From Octopus sinensis (taxonomy: Eukaryota), in contig NC_042997.1 in assembly GCF_006345805.1 (NCBI RefSeq), positions 137,082,001-137,146,000 of the forward strand: a stretch of DNA of 64,000 nucleotides. Reading direction: 5' to 3'. Below the pieces are notes generated by a model. That model had not been told where the DNA came from. It searched no databases and saw nothing but the letters and a program-made list of their open reading frames with translations. Of the stretch, positions 13,930-28,100 are shown piece after piece. The first letter of the stretch is position 1; each line of letters starts with the position of its first letter. The position numbers were made by a program, and so were the translations under genes.

Positions 13930-15020
13930 TGTGAGTGTTGAGAAAGTAGAGAGAAACTTAAATGCCTTGACGACCTTATTTTCAGGGAACTGGAATATTT
14001 GGTGAATATCAGACTCTCTCCAGAGTCTCACAACCAAGCTGATTTTCCCAAACAGTTTGGGGGTCTAAGTCAGTGTAAGTGCTCATCTCTGTCTCTTACC
14101 TGTTTTCTTTTCGCCATCCACGCTTGCTTTTCTTTTGTAGGCAACATTCTCTCCCTTCCAATATGGACTAGTTCCAAGAGGGAGATGAATGAAGCTCTGC
14201 TACAATGGAGTGAGCTGGATTTGAAAGTTTCTGATACAGATAAGGATAGACGGATATAGGGAGTATGGGACAATCTGCGTTCAAGTGATATTTTCAACTC
14301 TCTTTGATCAATCTGATCAATTTTCAAGGTGTCGTCTACTTTCTGCAAGTGCGAAATTCTCGTGGGGTTGGGTTAATGCCCTAACTGTAGCCAACATTGG
14401 CAGTTTGCTCAGTCTGGATGAGCTCTCTATCTCCATTGCACTCAGAGTGGGAACCAACGTCTGTGGGGGACTGAGATGTCGTTATGGTAGGCCCCTTGAC
14501 CTCAAAGGCCTTCACGGTTTGTCTTGCCGCCTATGCTGGACGTTTCGCTCGTCACACCGAGCTAAACCTGATCATTAAGCGGGCTCTAGCTCGGGTAAAT
14601 TTCCCTTCTGTTCTGGAGCCGTCGAGATAGTCCAAAAGTGATGGGAAGAGACCAGACAGATGGTCTTATCTTCTGTCTCTGGGTAAGTGACAGGTGTCTC
14701 ATCTAGGACACTACAGTCAGTGACTCCATTGCTCTCTCCCACATCCTCGATATTACAGAAAATGGGAGAGTCACTTCTTCCGTAACCGAACGGAATAAAA
14801 TCCTAAAGTATTGTGACTTGTCAGTGAACCATTTCTTCCAGCCTGTAGCGTTTAACACATTTAGAGGAATTGAGCCACTGATATCGAAATTCTTGTCATC
14901 GTTAGTGACGTGTTAGGTGATGCCTGTGAAGGTACTCGGCTATTCCAACGCCTTAGCCTCGCTATCACCCGCGGTAATGCCACGAGCGTGTTGGCTTCAA
15001 TAAGCTCTGTTGACCCACGA
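13930..15020 (+). mobile_element. Decayed CRE-like non-LTR retrotransposon with a restriction-like endonuclease (RLE), 3' part
   Basis: Across frameshifts and stops: QADFPKQFGGL, zinc-knuckle-like CRYG..DLKGLHGLSC, RHTELNLII, DGKRPD, DTTV, K.LKY, FQPVAF, QRLSLAITRGNA. This is the motif order of the RLE domain. Confidence 0.75.
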
Positions 15021-15433
15021 TTGATGCACTTAGTAGGAGCTAATTTTCCAAAGACAAAATTCTCCTAGGAAGTTTAAAATGTGAAATAGAACTTGCGGTT
15101 GGATTGTGTTGTCATCGCTCTGTTAGCAGTATCGGTCATATTTATGATGCCGTCAAGAAGTATGGTAAGGGAAGTTGCTTTGAAAACCTTCGATTGCACC
15201 AAAGTAAGTGTTCACTGGTTATTCAAAATGGGATTGTCCCTTGTTGGGAAAACAATATAAAAGCAAGAAAATACTGTTTTCTTGCTGGTGAGTTTACTGA
15301 CGATTTTAGTCATAAAAATAACGTGCTATGGTAAAATATAATGATGATGAAAACGGTGAAAACTTTATTTTTGAGACTTGCTTTTGTCGAGGTAATTGGG
15401 GTTTTTAAAGAACAGCCTTTTAGTTCAGTTTGA

Positions 15434-16967
15434 GAAAATAAGCGCAACTATGCCTCCCCTGGTCTCGATGGAGTTACATACCTGCTTCTCAAACGTAGCA
15501 GGTACTTCCTTTTACACCAGCTTTCTATTTTCTTCCAGTACTGTCTCAACAATGGTGCTACTCCGGAGCAGTGGAAAACTGCCAGTGTCATTCCTCTGTT
15601 CAAAAAGGGCGACCGCACATCACCTGTCAACTATCGCCCAGTCAGTCTCACTAGCTGTATTGCAAAACTGATGGAATCGTGTGTCAGAGAAACACTCTGG
15701 AACTTCTGGAGCTCTCACAGTCTCATCCGACCCTCACAATATGGATTTGTCCCTAACTCCAGCTGCAGTGATCAGCTTGTCGAGTTCCTTGAGGACATTA
15801 CTCAGATCACTGACAGTGGCTCATGGGTGGATGTTGTCTACCTTGACTTTGCTAAGGCTTTCAACTCTGTGCCACACAAAAGGCTTATGGTGAAACTCTC
15901 TGCAATGGGTGTGAGGGATGACCTTTTTAACTGGTTGAAATCCTTCATTCTCAGCCGAAAGGAGGTAGTCACAGTTCTAGGACAGCACTCTACACCATAT
16001 GAGATGTCATCGGGTGTACCACAGGGATCTGTCCTTGGTCCCCTCTTCTTTGTGGCATACATTAATGACATAGATGCCAATTTAAAGAATGCCACAGTAT
16101 TGAAATATGCAGACGACATCAAGCTGTACCTTGAAATCAAGAGGACAGATCCTGATGTCTACAACTCTTTCCTGCAATCAGACCTAGACACAATGCAGCA
16201 ATGGATCACAGACTGGCAACTGAAACTGGCTGTGGACAAGTGTACCACCATGCATTTTGGGAGAAAAAACCCTGCGTCCACATACTCCCTCCACAACACT
16301 GATATCAAGAAATCCTCTTGCGAGCGTGACCTAGGCATCACTGTCAGCAGTGATTTGCGTTGGACAAAGAATATCTCTAAAATTGTCAAGAAGGCCGAGG
16401 ATGTCTTGGCATCACTCAGCAAGACTTTTGTTAGCCGCTCTCCAGCCATCTATTTAAAACTGTATACAGCTATGGTACGACCACACTTGGAATTCGCATC
16501 ATCAGTTTCGAATTCCTATCTTGCTCAGAACATTGACCTCCTGGAATCTGTCCAGAGACGTGCAACCAAACGCATACCCTCCATCAGACACCTACCATAT
16601 TCTGAGCGCCTTGTTTCCCTGAACATGGATTCACTGAAGCTCCGGCGTCTGGCGACGGACTTGGTAAACACCCACAAAGTTATCAACCACCTCACCAACA
16701 ACAACACTGAACACCTTTTTGATCTCCATGTGTCTAACACACGTGGACATGCCTACAAAGTCAGAAAACAACACAGCTCCCATGACTTTCGGAAACATTT
16801 TTTCACGCTCAGAGTTGCTGAAGCATGGAATAAACTGCCTGCGTCAGTTGTTGACTGCCATGACACTGCATCCTTTAAGGCCCTCATGCTTTCCGAAATC
16901 CGCCGAAACTACACCTGATTATATATACACTTTAGATGAGTTGTAGTGCACCTGAGCACTGTACACA

Positions 16968-17003
<36 letters not shown>
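15434..17003 (+). mobile_element. CR1-clade LINE, 5'-truncated, with intact RT frame and (ATT)n tail
   Basis: Uninterrupted frame 15434-16918 (includes the 415-aa ORF): SPGLDG, WKTASVIPLFKKG, NYRPVSLTS, YLDFAKAF, GVPQGSVLGP, YADD, LESVQRRATK, TRGH, WNKLP. A short 3' UTR is followed by (ATT)n at ~16967-17003. Confidence 0.95.
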
Positions 17004-17005
<2 letters not shown>

Positions 17006-18272
17006 AATATACGAGTTTATTTTCCACACCACATGATTCAATTGACTTTGTAAAACTGAAAATATTTAGGTTAATATTTGCCTGATCTGATGTAAATTAA
17101 GATCTGAAATACTCGATCTCTGAATTCTGTTTCAAATTCACATTCTCAGACTCAGTGCTGACTAATTATCATTACGTTATTCTACCAATAAGATCGGAAG
17201 AGGTATATTTACTACTGGTATGTAGGATATAAAATCAAAGATTATATATTATCCAACATCGTTGTTATCCATACGAACATCGATTATAATTCCCAACATA
17301 ATTTTTGCAAAATTATGAATGCATGTGATGAAAAGGTTAGTGTACTTGATGGCTAGTGAAAAACAAAGCCATGTTAAACATTATGTTAAATAGGAGAGAA
17401 CTGAAGGTGAATTTTACATACACAAGTCAATATGGATTATCCTACTTTATTGAGTGTTGGTACCATGTCTAATACTTCATTGACCTTGTAGTTGACAATG
17501 CATTAAGAAGGATGTAAATCAGGCACCATACTGTTTTAAATATTTAACTCCACGGTAGAGCTACAGCTACAAAGCCAGTAGAGGTAACATTTGAAATTTT
17601 TCTGAAGTGAGATTTATGAAAGGAGGCGCAAGCCTGTTCTGACAAGAATTGAAAAAATGCAATACACTGGCTCATATTATATTTCATCACCCGAATAGCT
17701 AAATTATTCTTGTACATTGTTTCAACTGGATATAATTTTAACAAACGCCGCTTTGCTTTAAAAATGCGTCAAACAGGATAACACTTATCAATATCTTAAT
17801 CCAACGGAATATCAAAAACAAACACTTTAAATAAAGGGGTTGTCAGACAGGAATCATCTGAGGGATGTCAGATGACTAAATGACCCCCAACAGTTTAGGC
17901 CCATATGTTGTTGATGTGTCAACATTTGTTTATAGGTAGATTGACAGAATCAGTAGACTGAATCAGAGGTGGTGTATCATGTAGTTATGTCCCTTTATAT
18001 TTTGAGTTCAAATCCCACCGGGGTCGATTTGCTTTCTTGTGAAGTCATGTACCACCAGTCAAGTTTCTGGATCGATATAATAGACTGTATTTCCCCTATC
18101 ACCTGAAAAAAAAATCCTCAAGCCTTGTACCAAAATCAGAAATTAATATTTATTTGAAAGTATCCACGACAACTACGACTGCCTCATGCATGTTTTATGA
18201 GAACGTTATCCTGAGCTCTGAGTTATATACCTTTATATTATGACTGCAAGAAAGAAGAAAAAAAATTATCAC

Positions 18273-18320
18273 CCGGAAGTGATGTCATCATCAACCTTTG
18301 CCCTACAATACAATGGCGGG
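18273..18320 (+). promoter_or_regulatory. ROGDI proximal promoter: ETS (GABP-type) site abutting a CRE-like site, plus a YY1-like motif over the start codon
   Basis: CCGGAAGT at 18273-18280 runs into TGATGTCA; ACAATGGCGG spans the ATG at 18313. Confidence 0.5.
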
Positions 18321-19083
18321 TGCTGATATTGAAGAAGAGATTTGTGCATTAGTAAGTGTTTATTTGTGTTCTAATTACCATTCCGTTATTTGACATATAC
18401 TTACTGTTTTGGGGCGCTGAAATATATTGATATTTCAGCAAAGTTTCTAAGTAGATAATTAGCAATCTTCTGTTTCATTTATCAATATTCAAATTTGTCA
18501 TTTGTATTAATTTAATTTATTTGACAGATCAAAGATTCCTGCAGTGTAGCTATTTTTAGATGTCTACAACAGATTGGTAATAATCCACTAAAGAATTTGA
18601 TTATGAAATAGAATGTCATAGAAAAAAAATCAAGAGATTTTAAAAGAATAAATATATAGTCGAATATATTTTGAACTCAAACACGATGCATTAAATTTTT
18701 TTTAATGTTCGTCACCAGATTGTAATGCCAACTTCTTTTGAGATTCTTGCTTTTCGAAATTGTAACTTTAAAACTTAAACATTTGGACTTTTACTTTAAT
18801 AAAACTATAAAATTAGATTGTAGATCATTAAAAATATCTGGTGTATCACAATTATTTATTCAGTTATTGTCCCAGGTGAGCTCTGTTAGCAAACCCATGA
18901 CTATAACAGCGTCGGACAAGATTTCTTGCAATATCTTTCTCAGATCTTTGGGTTCAGATTCTGCCTTAGTTTCGAAATCCGGTTGATGTTCATGGCTAAT
19001 CACCCAACCCGGAACCACATCTGATCATGAAATAATATGAAATAAGTGGAAGAGGATTGTAGCCGTCTGCTAAAAATGCAATC

Positions 19084-19115
<32 letters not shown>

Positions 19116-22100
19116 GTGGTGTAGTACCTTTACTTGTATCTAGAACTATATTGTACAATGTTTCTTTTTCTGTTTTTGTTTTTTTAATAATAGGGGAGAT
19201 TCTGTTGCTTTTTCGAGCAGGCTCTTTTATTTAGTGTTGTAGCCCCACGTTGTCACTCCTGATTGACAGACCTGTGTTCAATGACATTTGACTTCATTGC
19301 ATTTTTTTTAATAGACATCATAGTATGATTTAAATGAAATTATTTTTAGCAGGCTAAGCAACCACGTAGAGGTTCGTCTTTTATTTAGTTGTTGGTGCTG
19401 ATAGTGTTAACTTTGCCTTTTATCTATGGTATAGTAATTCCGAAGACATTAAATCAATTTATACTGCTAAAATTCTTAGTGATGGCTTTGTGTTGAGTCG
19501 AAACATGAAGGTACTTTAAAAAAATTTAGAAAGAATTAATAATAGATTCATAACATTTTGTAAATATGGAAGGAAATTCTAAGAATATGTCCATCGACTG
19601 TTTCTTTTATTGTTTAGAGAACGTTATTAGTATTATCATTATTAGTATTCATCTCATTTCGAGCTTGCAATGTTTATTATGTAATAAGGATTTTTTGTTA
19701 TGAATAAAATATTTTGTAAATTTCAATGTCAAAACAACAGAAAAACATTATATGGCATCTTTGGTTGTTACATATATGACATTCCTACGTATTATGATTT
19801 TCTTATTGACAATTAGCAATAATCTTTGTTTAGAATTTTTTTCTTTCAATGCAGTATACTTCTATTTGAGCTTATTTTCACTAAGTATCATTCTCAATCA
19901 CCGTTCGATAATCGTTCACCTGTCTCTCACCTATTCGACTCTAAAACATCTTGATTGTAATGTTGCTCGTTTGATACACATTAACCCCATTTGCCTATTT
20001 CGTCTCGCAACTGTCCCCGATTGTTTTATATTTATATATTAATATTTAAGTGATAATGTTAATTTCATGATAATATAGAAGTTAATAAATTATCAACATA
20101 ACAAATATTTGGATGAAGTTGTTTATTATGCAAACATTTCAATATAATCTTAATGTTTTATGTTTCTAATATATTATTGTTTCATTTGGGTTATTTTACG
20201 TTCTATTAAATGTCTATTTTACTGTAGTATCTTGTACTCGATTAGTTTAACCTTTTCACTGCATTGCTTTTGATTTCGGTTAGAAATTGGTCATTAAGAT
20301 TTTTACGTGTTTTCCCTAAGGGGATGTTATTAATCTGCTTGAAGTTGTTAGATAAATTCTGGATTTGAAAGCAATGGTCAACTAATAATTTTCTTTCAAA
20401 AATATTTTCATTTATTGTAAGAGATTGTGATTTATTTAAGACTATAGTTTGATACAACACATGAGTCTTATATACATTTCATTTTATCTTGCGGTAAATG
20501 CTCTTAGTAATAACAATAATCCTTAGATTTTAGCACATTGACCTCAGAGCTTAACTGAAATTCGTTAAAATGAAAGGCAAAGTCGACCTCAACACAGTGC
20601 AGTTTTTCATATCAATTATGAACATATTCCCATCTTTGACAGCATTTATTGCATTTTCCATAATAAAGTAATGAAATTGATAGAAAAATAGAATGCTGTT
20701 GTCTATTTTGTTTTTCTTTCAAAATTCTGCAGTTAAATTGAATTATTGAATAGGTTCATTTTAAATTTCACTAATCAGGTTGTACACAAAGGAGTCATAC
20801 CTAATGACTGGTGTAGCAGCACCATAGTCAACTGCTACAAAGGTAAAGGTGACACCTTAGAAATAATTAGAGATATCAAATTGATGGATCAGGTGGTGAA
20901 AGTTATGGAGAGCGTCATAGCCCAACTAATTAGAAAGAGAGTCTAGGTGAAATGCTGTTTAGTTTTGTGCCAGGGAGAAGCATCACTGGTACTCTGTTCC
21001 TGGTAAGACAGCTACAGGAGAAAAACATAGCCCAAATTAAACCATTGTACTTGGTTTTTGTTGATATGGAGAAAGCCTTTGACAGAGTCCTCTGCTCCCT
21101 CATCTGATGGTCAATGCAGAAACTAGGGATAGATGAGTGGTTGGTGAGAGCTGTATAAGCCATGTACAGGGATACTGTTAATAAGGTAAGGGTTGGCAAC
21201 AAGTATAGCAATAAATTCAGTGTACAAGTAGTTCACCAAGGATTGGTCCTTAGCCCCCACCACCATCCCATTCATCATAGTCTTCCAGGCAATAACAGGA
21301 ATTTAAGTTGGGCTGCCCCTGAGCTACTGATGATCTTATTCTTATAGCTGAATCACTACCAGAACTATAGAAAAAATTCCAGGTGTGGAAGCAAGGTCTG
21401 GAATCAAAGCGCCTTAGAGTTAATTTAGCAAAGACCAAGGACTTAATAAGTAGGAAAGCAGACAAATCACAGATCTCTTCAGGGAGATTGCCCTGCTCCA
21501 TATGTAGAATAAAGGCATATCAATAAGATGTATCTGGTGCAAGCTATGGACACACGAGGTGCAGCAATAGCAGAGGAGGTTAACGGAAAATTGTGTGTGT
21601 GTGTGTGGCAGATGTAGATGTACAATAAACACAAGAAATGTACAGAAAATAGACTTCATCAAATGCTCAGTAGGATACTTAGAAATAATTGATAACTTCC
21701 GTTATCAGGGTGACCAAGTCAGCAATGGAGGTAGATGCTCTGAGAGCATAGTGGCTAGAATAAGAATAGGCTGGGCAAAGTTCAGAAAGCTTCTACCTTT
21801 ATTGGTAACTAAGGGCCTTTCCCTCAGAGTGAAAGGCAGATTGTATGATGCCTGTGTGCAGACAACCATGCTACATGGCAGTGAAACATGGGTTGTGACT
21901 GCAGAGGACATGTGAAGGCTTGAAAGAAATGTAGCTAGTATGTTTTGCTGGATGTGCAATGTTGCTGTGCATGTACAACAGAGTGCAAGCATCTTGAGAG
22001 AAAAATTGGGCATGAGGCAGATATAGTTTGCAAGAGAGAAGACTGCTCTTGTATGGTCATGTGATGCATATGAATGAAGTCAGCTGCGTGAAGAAGTGCC

Positions 22101-25100
22101 AGTCTCTAACTGGAAGGAACCTGTGGAAGAGGTCAACCCAGGAAGACATGAGATGAAGAGGTGAATCTTTAGATATTAGGTCTCACAGAGGCATTGTCAA
22201 ATGATTGAGACCTTTGATGGTTTGGTGTGCTTGAGAAGATTCACCAGGCCAAGTGAAATCATTGTGGACAGTGCTGGTGACACATAAAAGGCACCTGTGA
22301 TAGTGACACGTAAAAGCACCAACTACACTCCGGAGTGATTGGTGTTAGGAAGGGCATCCAGTTGTAGAAGCCAAGCCAAAATCAGACTGGAGCCTGATAC
22401 AGCTCTCTGGCTTACCAGTTCCAGTTAAACCATCTAACCTATGCCAGCATGGAAAACAGTTGCTAAATTATGATGATGATGATGATGACAAGTAATAACA
22501 AAAGTAATTACTATTCTAGTTACAAATAATATAATAAACTTTATTTATGCAAACATACACACTGGTTTATAATCATTGAATAAAATTTTATTACTTTTCA
22601 GCAGAAGGAATTAAGTTGGTTGTTGAATGAAGAACTTCATCATGTCCTTCAGCAAGTGCAGTACACTTTAACTGTAAGTTGACATTAATCTTTCCATTAT
22701 TACAAGTGTTTCATTTTCTACAATGGTAAGTTCTGTGTCATGTGAATAAAACTGTTGGTACACAGGCTTTCATGCTAAGAGAACCATAAAAACTGGGATA
22801 AACAAATCTCACTGAAGACATTTCTCTGAAACAACTAGCATAAATAAGTTGTGAAAGTGCTTGCTCAGAATAAGTATAGTCAGTAGGAGGATCATGCTGC
22901 TTTTCATATGTTTTTCCCATACTATTCTACTCATCTGCATTTATTGCCCTTATTTTACATATCTATACTGCATCAACCTTGATAATTAGAGAGAAATATA
23001 CTTGTAAATATAAATTAAGAATTAAGATACTTCTGATTAAAGTTATGAAATGACGTATGCTAAATAGAATATAAACATACAATGGATGTAAAAATTCAGA
23101 TTAGCTATTTACAATATGGAAATAGTTATGGTTAATTTATAAAGAACATAAAAATGTACAATAGTTGCATTCAAAAAAAGATGAACCTACTGGTGGTGAG
23201 ATTTAACTAAAGTTGCTTAAGGCAAGACTAATACCTCAGATTTCAGATAGCAAAAATCTCAGAAAAATAGCAAAGGATATGCAAAACTGCAAATATTTCA
23301 CTAAAATGTGGATATTATCCTTGTGTAGTTGGACATTGTTGTAAAATCAACCATTTCCTGTTTTTTTTTGCGTTTTTCTCAGAATGACATGTCTGACTAT
23401 GAGTAGCAATCTTTAGGTCACGATATCTCCTAGAACAGTTGATGTAATTGGCTGAACTTTTGCATGTGTATTACTTTGATACTTGCCTAGATGCTGTGCT
23501 AGTGTGATTAGATACACTTCATTTGTTCATCTTCCAGAGACACTTGAATGCTACTACCCAAGGGTCAAAAGCACTTGAACTGCTGCATATGGCTATGAGT
23601 GATCCCACAACGGAATCTAGGCCAACTTCATCAATGTCCTTGATTCAACATCTAGTCTGTACCCCAATCTGTTGGAATTCCAAGTTAGAGCATATTATCT
23701 TTGGTAGTTTGGTAGAAAAATTGACCTAAAATAAGGGTGTGTTTGCCTTGTCGGTCATTTTGAATTTATAATTAGGTCATGAATAGATAATGTGGAAATT
23801 TGAATATTATGTTTTTTTGATAGAACTAACATTTTTCTTGATGTATGTCATATTTGGTTTGCCTGGGTTTTATTCCTGCTGAGTGAGAGCATCTTCAATT
23901 TAGGAGTGTTTTCCTACATCTGAGGTGTTAGTCTTGCCTTAAGAGCAAATGCTGTGAACATGATTATTGTAGTCTTTAAAATAGTTTATTTTTTAAATCT
24001 CTGATTACCAATAACACTGTGTGACAATTTTATTTTATTTTATTTTTTCGTCTTTGGTCAGTAAGTATTATTTCCTATTTGCTTCTATCTAGAAATCAAA
24101 GAAATTGACTATTATTTCCTTCAATCCTTACTTTTGTGACCTGGACATCAATGTTTTGAAACCGACCTATTTCTATTACATTTCAGAGAGATTCAGCGTT
24201 GAGTTGCTGAAGCCAAATATTTAGTTTAATACCACAGATTTGCATGTCAGTTGCTTGACCTTAACCACTTGGGCATGTCCCTTATTGGCTGACAATATGT
24301 GCATCTCTGATCATGAGCAGAAATAGTTGGGGAGCATCATAGCCATGTGCTGAGAAGGATTCTTTGGAGTTTGAATAAATGTAACAAAAGCAAAATTTGA
24401 AGGAAATATTAGTCATTCTTCATACTTTCTAGGGAAGTAATAGTGACAAAAGTTGTGTTACACAGTGTAATCTAACATTACAGTTTCCATTTTTCTAAAT
24501 ATGTCATAAGCCATTAATTCACTAATTACTTATTCCTATAAAAATGGAAAATTTTTTAAAAATTTGTTTATTATTTATTTGTCCATTACTTTAAATTTTA
24601 CCCAGTAAGAATTTCTTTCCCAAGTACAAGTCATTTTTATAAAAAAGGGAAGTATGGTCAATTCAAATTTTTCCAATATGTATTTTCTGTATCTTGAAGA
24701 AATAATGTGCTAAATCATTCTTACAGTTTTAGGAGAAAACTAAATATAGTTTGTGTGTCTGTATTTGTCCCTCTAGCATTGCTTGACAACCGATGCTGGC
24801 GTGTTTACGTCCCCGTCACTTAGCGGTTCGGCAAAAGAGACCGATAGAATAAGTACTGGGCCTACAAAGAATAAGTCCCGGGGTTGATTTGCTCGACTAA
24901 AGGCGGTGCTCCAGCATGGCCGCAGTCAATGACTGAAACAAGTAAAAGAGTAAAAGAGTAATAGTTAGGTAGTCTTTTTTTTTTACAGTATGATAGCATC
25001 TTTTTAGCTGACTCAACAAATATTCTAATAATGTAATGTTATTTCCATTTTTTCTTCAAAATTTTTTCATGGTTTCCAAAATGTTTTAGAAATAAAATGC

Positions 25101-28100
25101 TTTTAATACAAAGACCTGACAAAGAAATATTTTAGCAATTGTCAGAAATGATCACTTCATCTTTTAATTATTATTACAGGAATGTAATCAACGATTCCTT
25201 ACTGATAAAGACAAAGAATCCAATAAAGGTAGGTTTTCTTTTTCTGCTTTTCCAAACCTTATCTGATTCACATAATAAACCCATTCCAATATTGGAGCTC
25301 TTACTAGAGTTTCTACTTCATTTTGGCACCTACTTAATGTTCTGTATTTTACTGTCCAAAGTTCTTTATTTGGAATGTGTCAGAAGCCACTGTCTTTGCT
25401 AATTTGTCTGTGCATGTTAATATCTAAAAGATGCCTCCAAAATTTATGTTGTTGTGTTTGGTAACTGATTATAAGCACAGATCTTGATCAATTATCTACA
25501 TGTCTATACTTTTTGGCAGTGAATTACAAGTAGTGGATTAATGATGTTGTTTAGCCCTAAGTCAACCTTAAGCAGTCTGACCATCTTGTCTTTTTAGGGT
25601 TATATAGGATTACATTGTCTATTGCATCTTTCTTTACCACTGATGGCAGAGTATGAGTTGGCTCCCTCTGTCTTATTCTAGCAAGTTAAGGAATCAGTAG
25701 GAGCTCCTTTTTTTTGGTTCCTGCAAGATTTCTCTTGATGTAACAGAGTCATCTAGAAGTAGGAGCTTAAACTACAGAGTGGATATCAGTGCATTTACAA
25801 GTAATGAAGTGATTTGGATTGTATGTTATACACATTAAATATGTAGTATAATAATTTTATATGTTTTTATTACTTATATCTTTCAGAAGGTTGTATTTTG
25901 ATGTGAAATTTCATTACTACCATGGTGCATGTAGACTATTAACACTTCTGTTTCTTTTCAAGAATCTTTTAGATGATTTCTTCATTATTTTGTCTAGCGT
26001 AGTTTAGCCCTTGATCAAGCAAGTTTTTAATAATTTCTTTATATATATGCAAATTAATTATAAAGAAAGAGAACAACCTCCGCCACTTTCCAGGGAGAAA
26101 AACTAGAAGTAGTTGATAGCTTCCATTACGGAGGTGACCAAGTCAGTAGCAGGGGAGGGTGCACTGAATGTGTAGACACTAGAATAGCCTGGGCAAAGTT
26201 GAGAGAGCTCTTACCTCTGCTGGTGACAAAGGGCCTCTCGCTCAGAGTAAAAGGTAGACTGTATGATGCATGTGTACGAACAGCCATGCTACATGGCAGT
26301 GAAACATGGGCCGTGACTGCTGAGGACATGCGTAAGCTCGCAAGGAATGAAGCCAGTATGCTCTGATGGATGTGTAATGTCAGTGTGCATACACAACAGA
26401 GTGTAAGTACCTTGAGAGAAAAGTTGGACCTAAGAAGCATCAGATGTAGTGTGCAAGAGAGGCAACTGTGCTGGTATGGCCATGTGGTGAGAATTAATGT
26501 GGATAGCTGTGTGAAAAAGTGCCACACCCTTGTGGTTGAGGGAACCTGTGGAAGAAGTAGACCCAGGAAGACTTGGGATGAGGTGGTGAAGCATGACCTT
26601 TAAACATTGGGCCTCATCGAGGCAATGACTAGTGACCGGGACCTTTGGAAATATGCTGTGCTTGAGAAGACTCGGCAAGCTCAAGTAAGACCATAACCTT
26701 GTGACCTATGCCAGGGGTGTAACCAGCCCACTTATGCGTACCTTTCCTTCACTGGACACTAAATTCTACTTGCAAAGACCTGTTGAGGCAAGTTAAATCG
26801 AAATCAAAATCAAATTCGATAATTGGCATCCATGCTAGTGGAGCGCTAAGAATACCATACGAGCATGATTGTTGCCAGAGCAACAAGCTGGCCTCTGTGC
26901 TGATGACACGTAAAAAGCACCATTCAAGTGTGATTGTTATCTAAGTCGCCTTACTGGCACTTGTGCTGGTGGCACGTGAAAAAACATTCAAGCAAGGTCG
27001 TTGCCAGTGCCACTGGACTGGCTCCTGTACAGGTGGCACATAAAAAGCACCATTTGAACGTGGCTGCTGCCAGTACCACCTGACTGGCCCTCATGCCGGT
27101 GGCATGTAAAAGCATCCACTACACTCTCAGAGTAGTTGGTGTTAGGAAGGGCATCCAGCCGTAGAAACTCTGCCAGATCAGATTGGAGTCTGGTGCAGCC
27201 ATCTGGTTCGCCAGAACCTCAGTCAAATCGTCCAACCCATGCTAGCATGGAAAGCGGACGTTAAACGATGATGATGATGATGAATTAAAGAAGCCATCCA
27301 CCTCCCCAAACAAGCGAGAAGTCCTTGCAATTAAAACAATTCCATAAAAACAGTTATGAAATGAAAATGCTACAAAACTTATTTAATAAATTTGGCTTAA
27401 TGTAATGAATAATGTGCATCACCAACAATAAATACCTTATGTTATATTTATGATTATTATGTTGTGTAATGTTTGTATTTTTTTTGTTTTCAGATGACTC
27501 AACTGTTTGCCATATCAAACCACAGAAGATATTACTGTCTGGCCCAAAGTAAGCAAATACACTTAATTTTCAATAAAATAAAATTTTAATGTAATTTATC
27601 TGTCATTTTATACTGTTGATGCAACTAGATATTTCTTGATCATAATCTTGCCAATATTAGGGTTTGCTGGAGGAGTATACACTGAGTGATTTCTGTTTAC
27701 CTACCACTATGTCCAACCTGAGAGAACATTCTCTCTGCTGAAATGATAATTTATCATCACCCATTGTAACAATAGCCTAGTGGAATAAAATTGTGGGGCT
27801 AAGTATCCACAGCCTAGACATGCCACATGCTAATATATATTATGAATATCATCAATTTAGCCACTGTTCTACTACACTAATCACTCAGTTACTGTTACTC
27901 CTTTTTCACTTAAATTGTTTTCATTATTGTTAACCTTTGTTTTAAAAGTAGAAAATATGCAATTATATACTTACAGTACATATATGAACATATGGATATA
28001 TTTGAATATATAGATGTATAAATATGAACATGTTCATACATACATATACACACACACGTGGCTGTGTGGTTAAAAGGTTTGCTTCCTAACCACATAGTTT

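Noticed and set aside
15671-16918. 415-aa reverse transcriptase ORF as a host gene or novel RT system
   Set aside because: Ordinary CR1 ORF2 3' half, 5'-truncated, ending in an (ATT)n tail; the ATG is internal.
19046-19234. ORF with a poly-Asp run
   Set aside because: Translation of a (GAT)n microsatellite within ROGDI intron 1.
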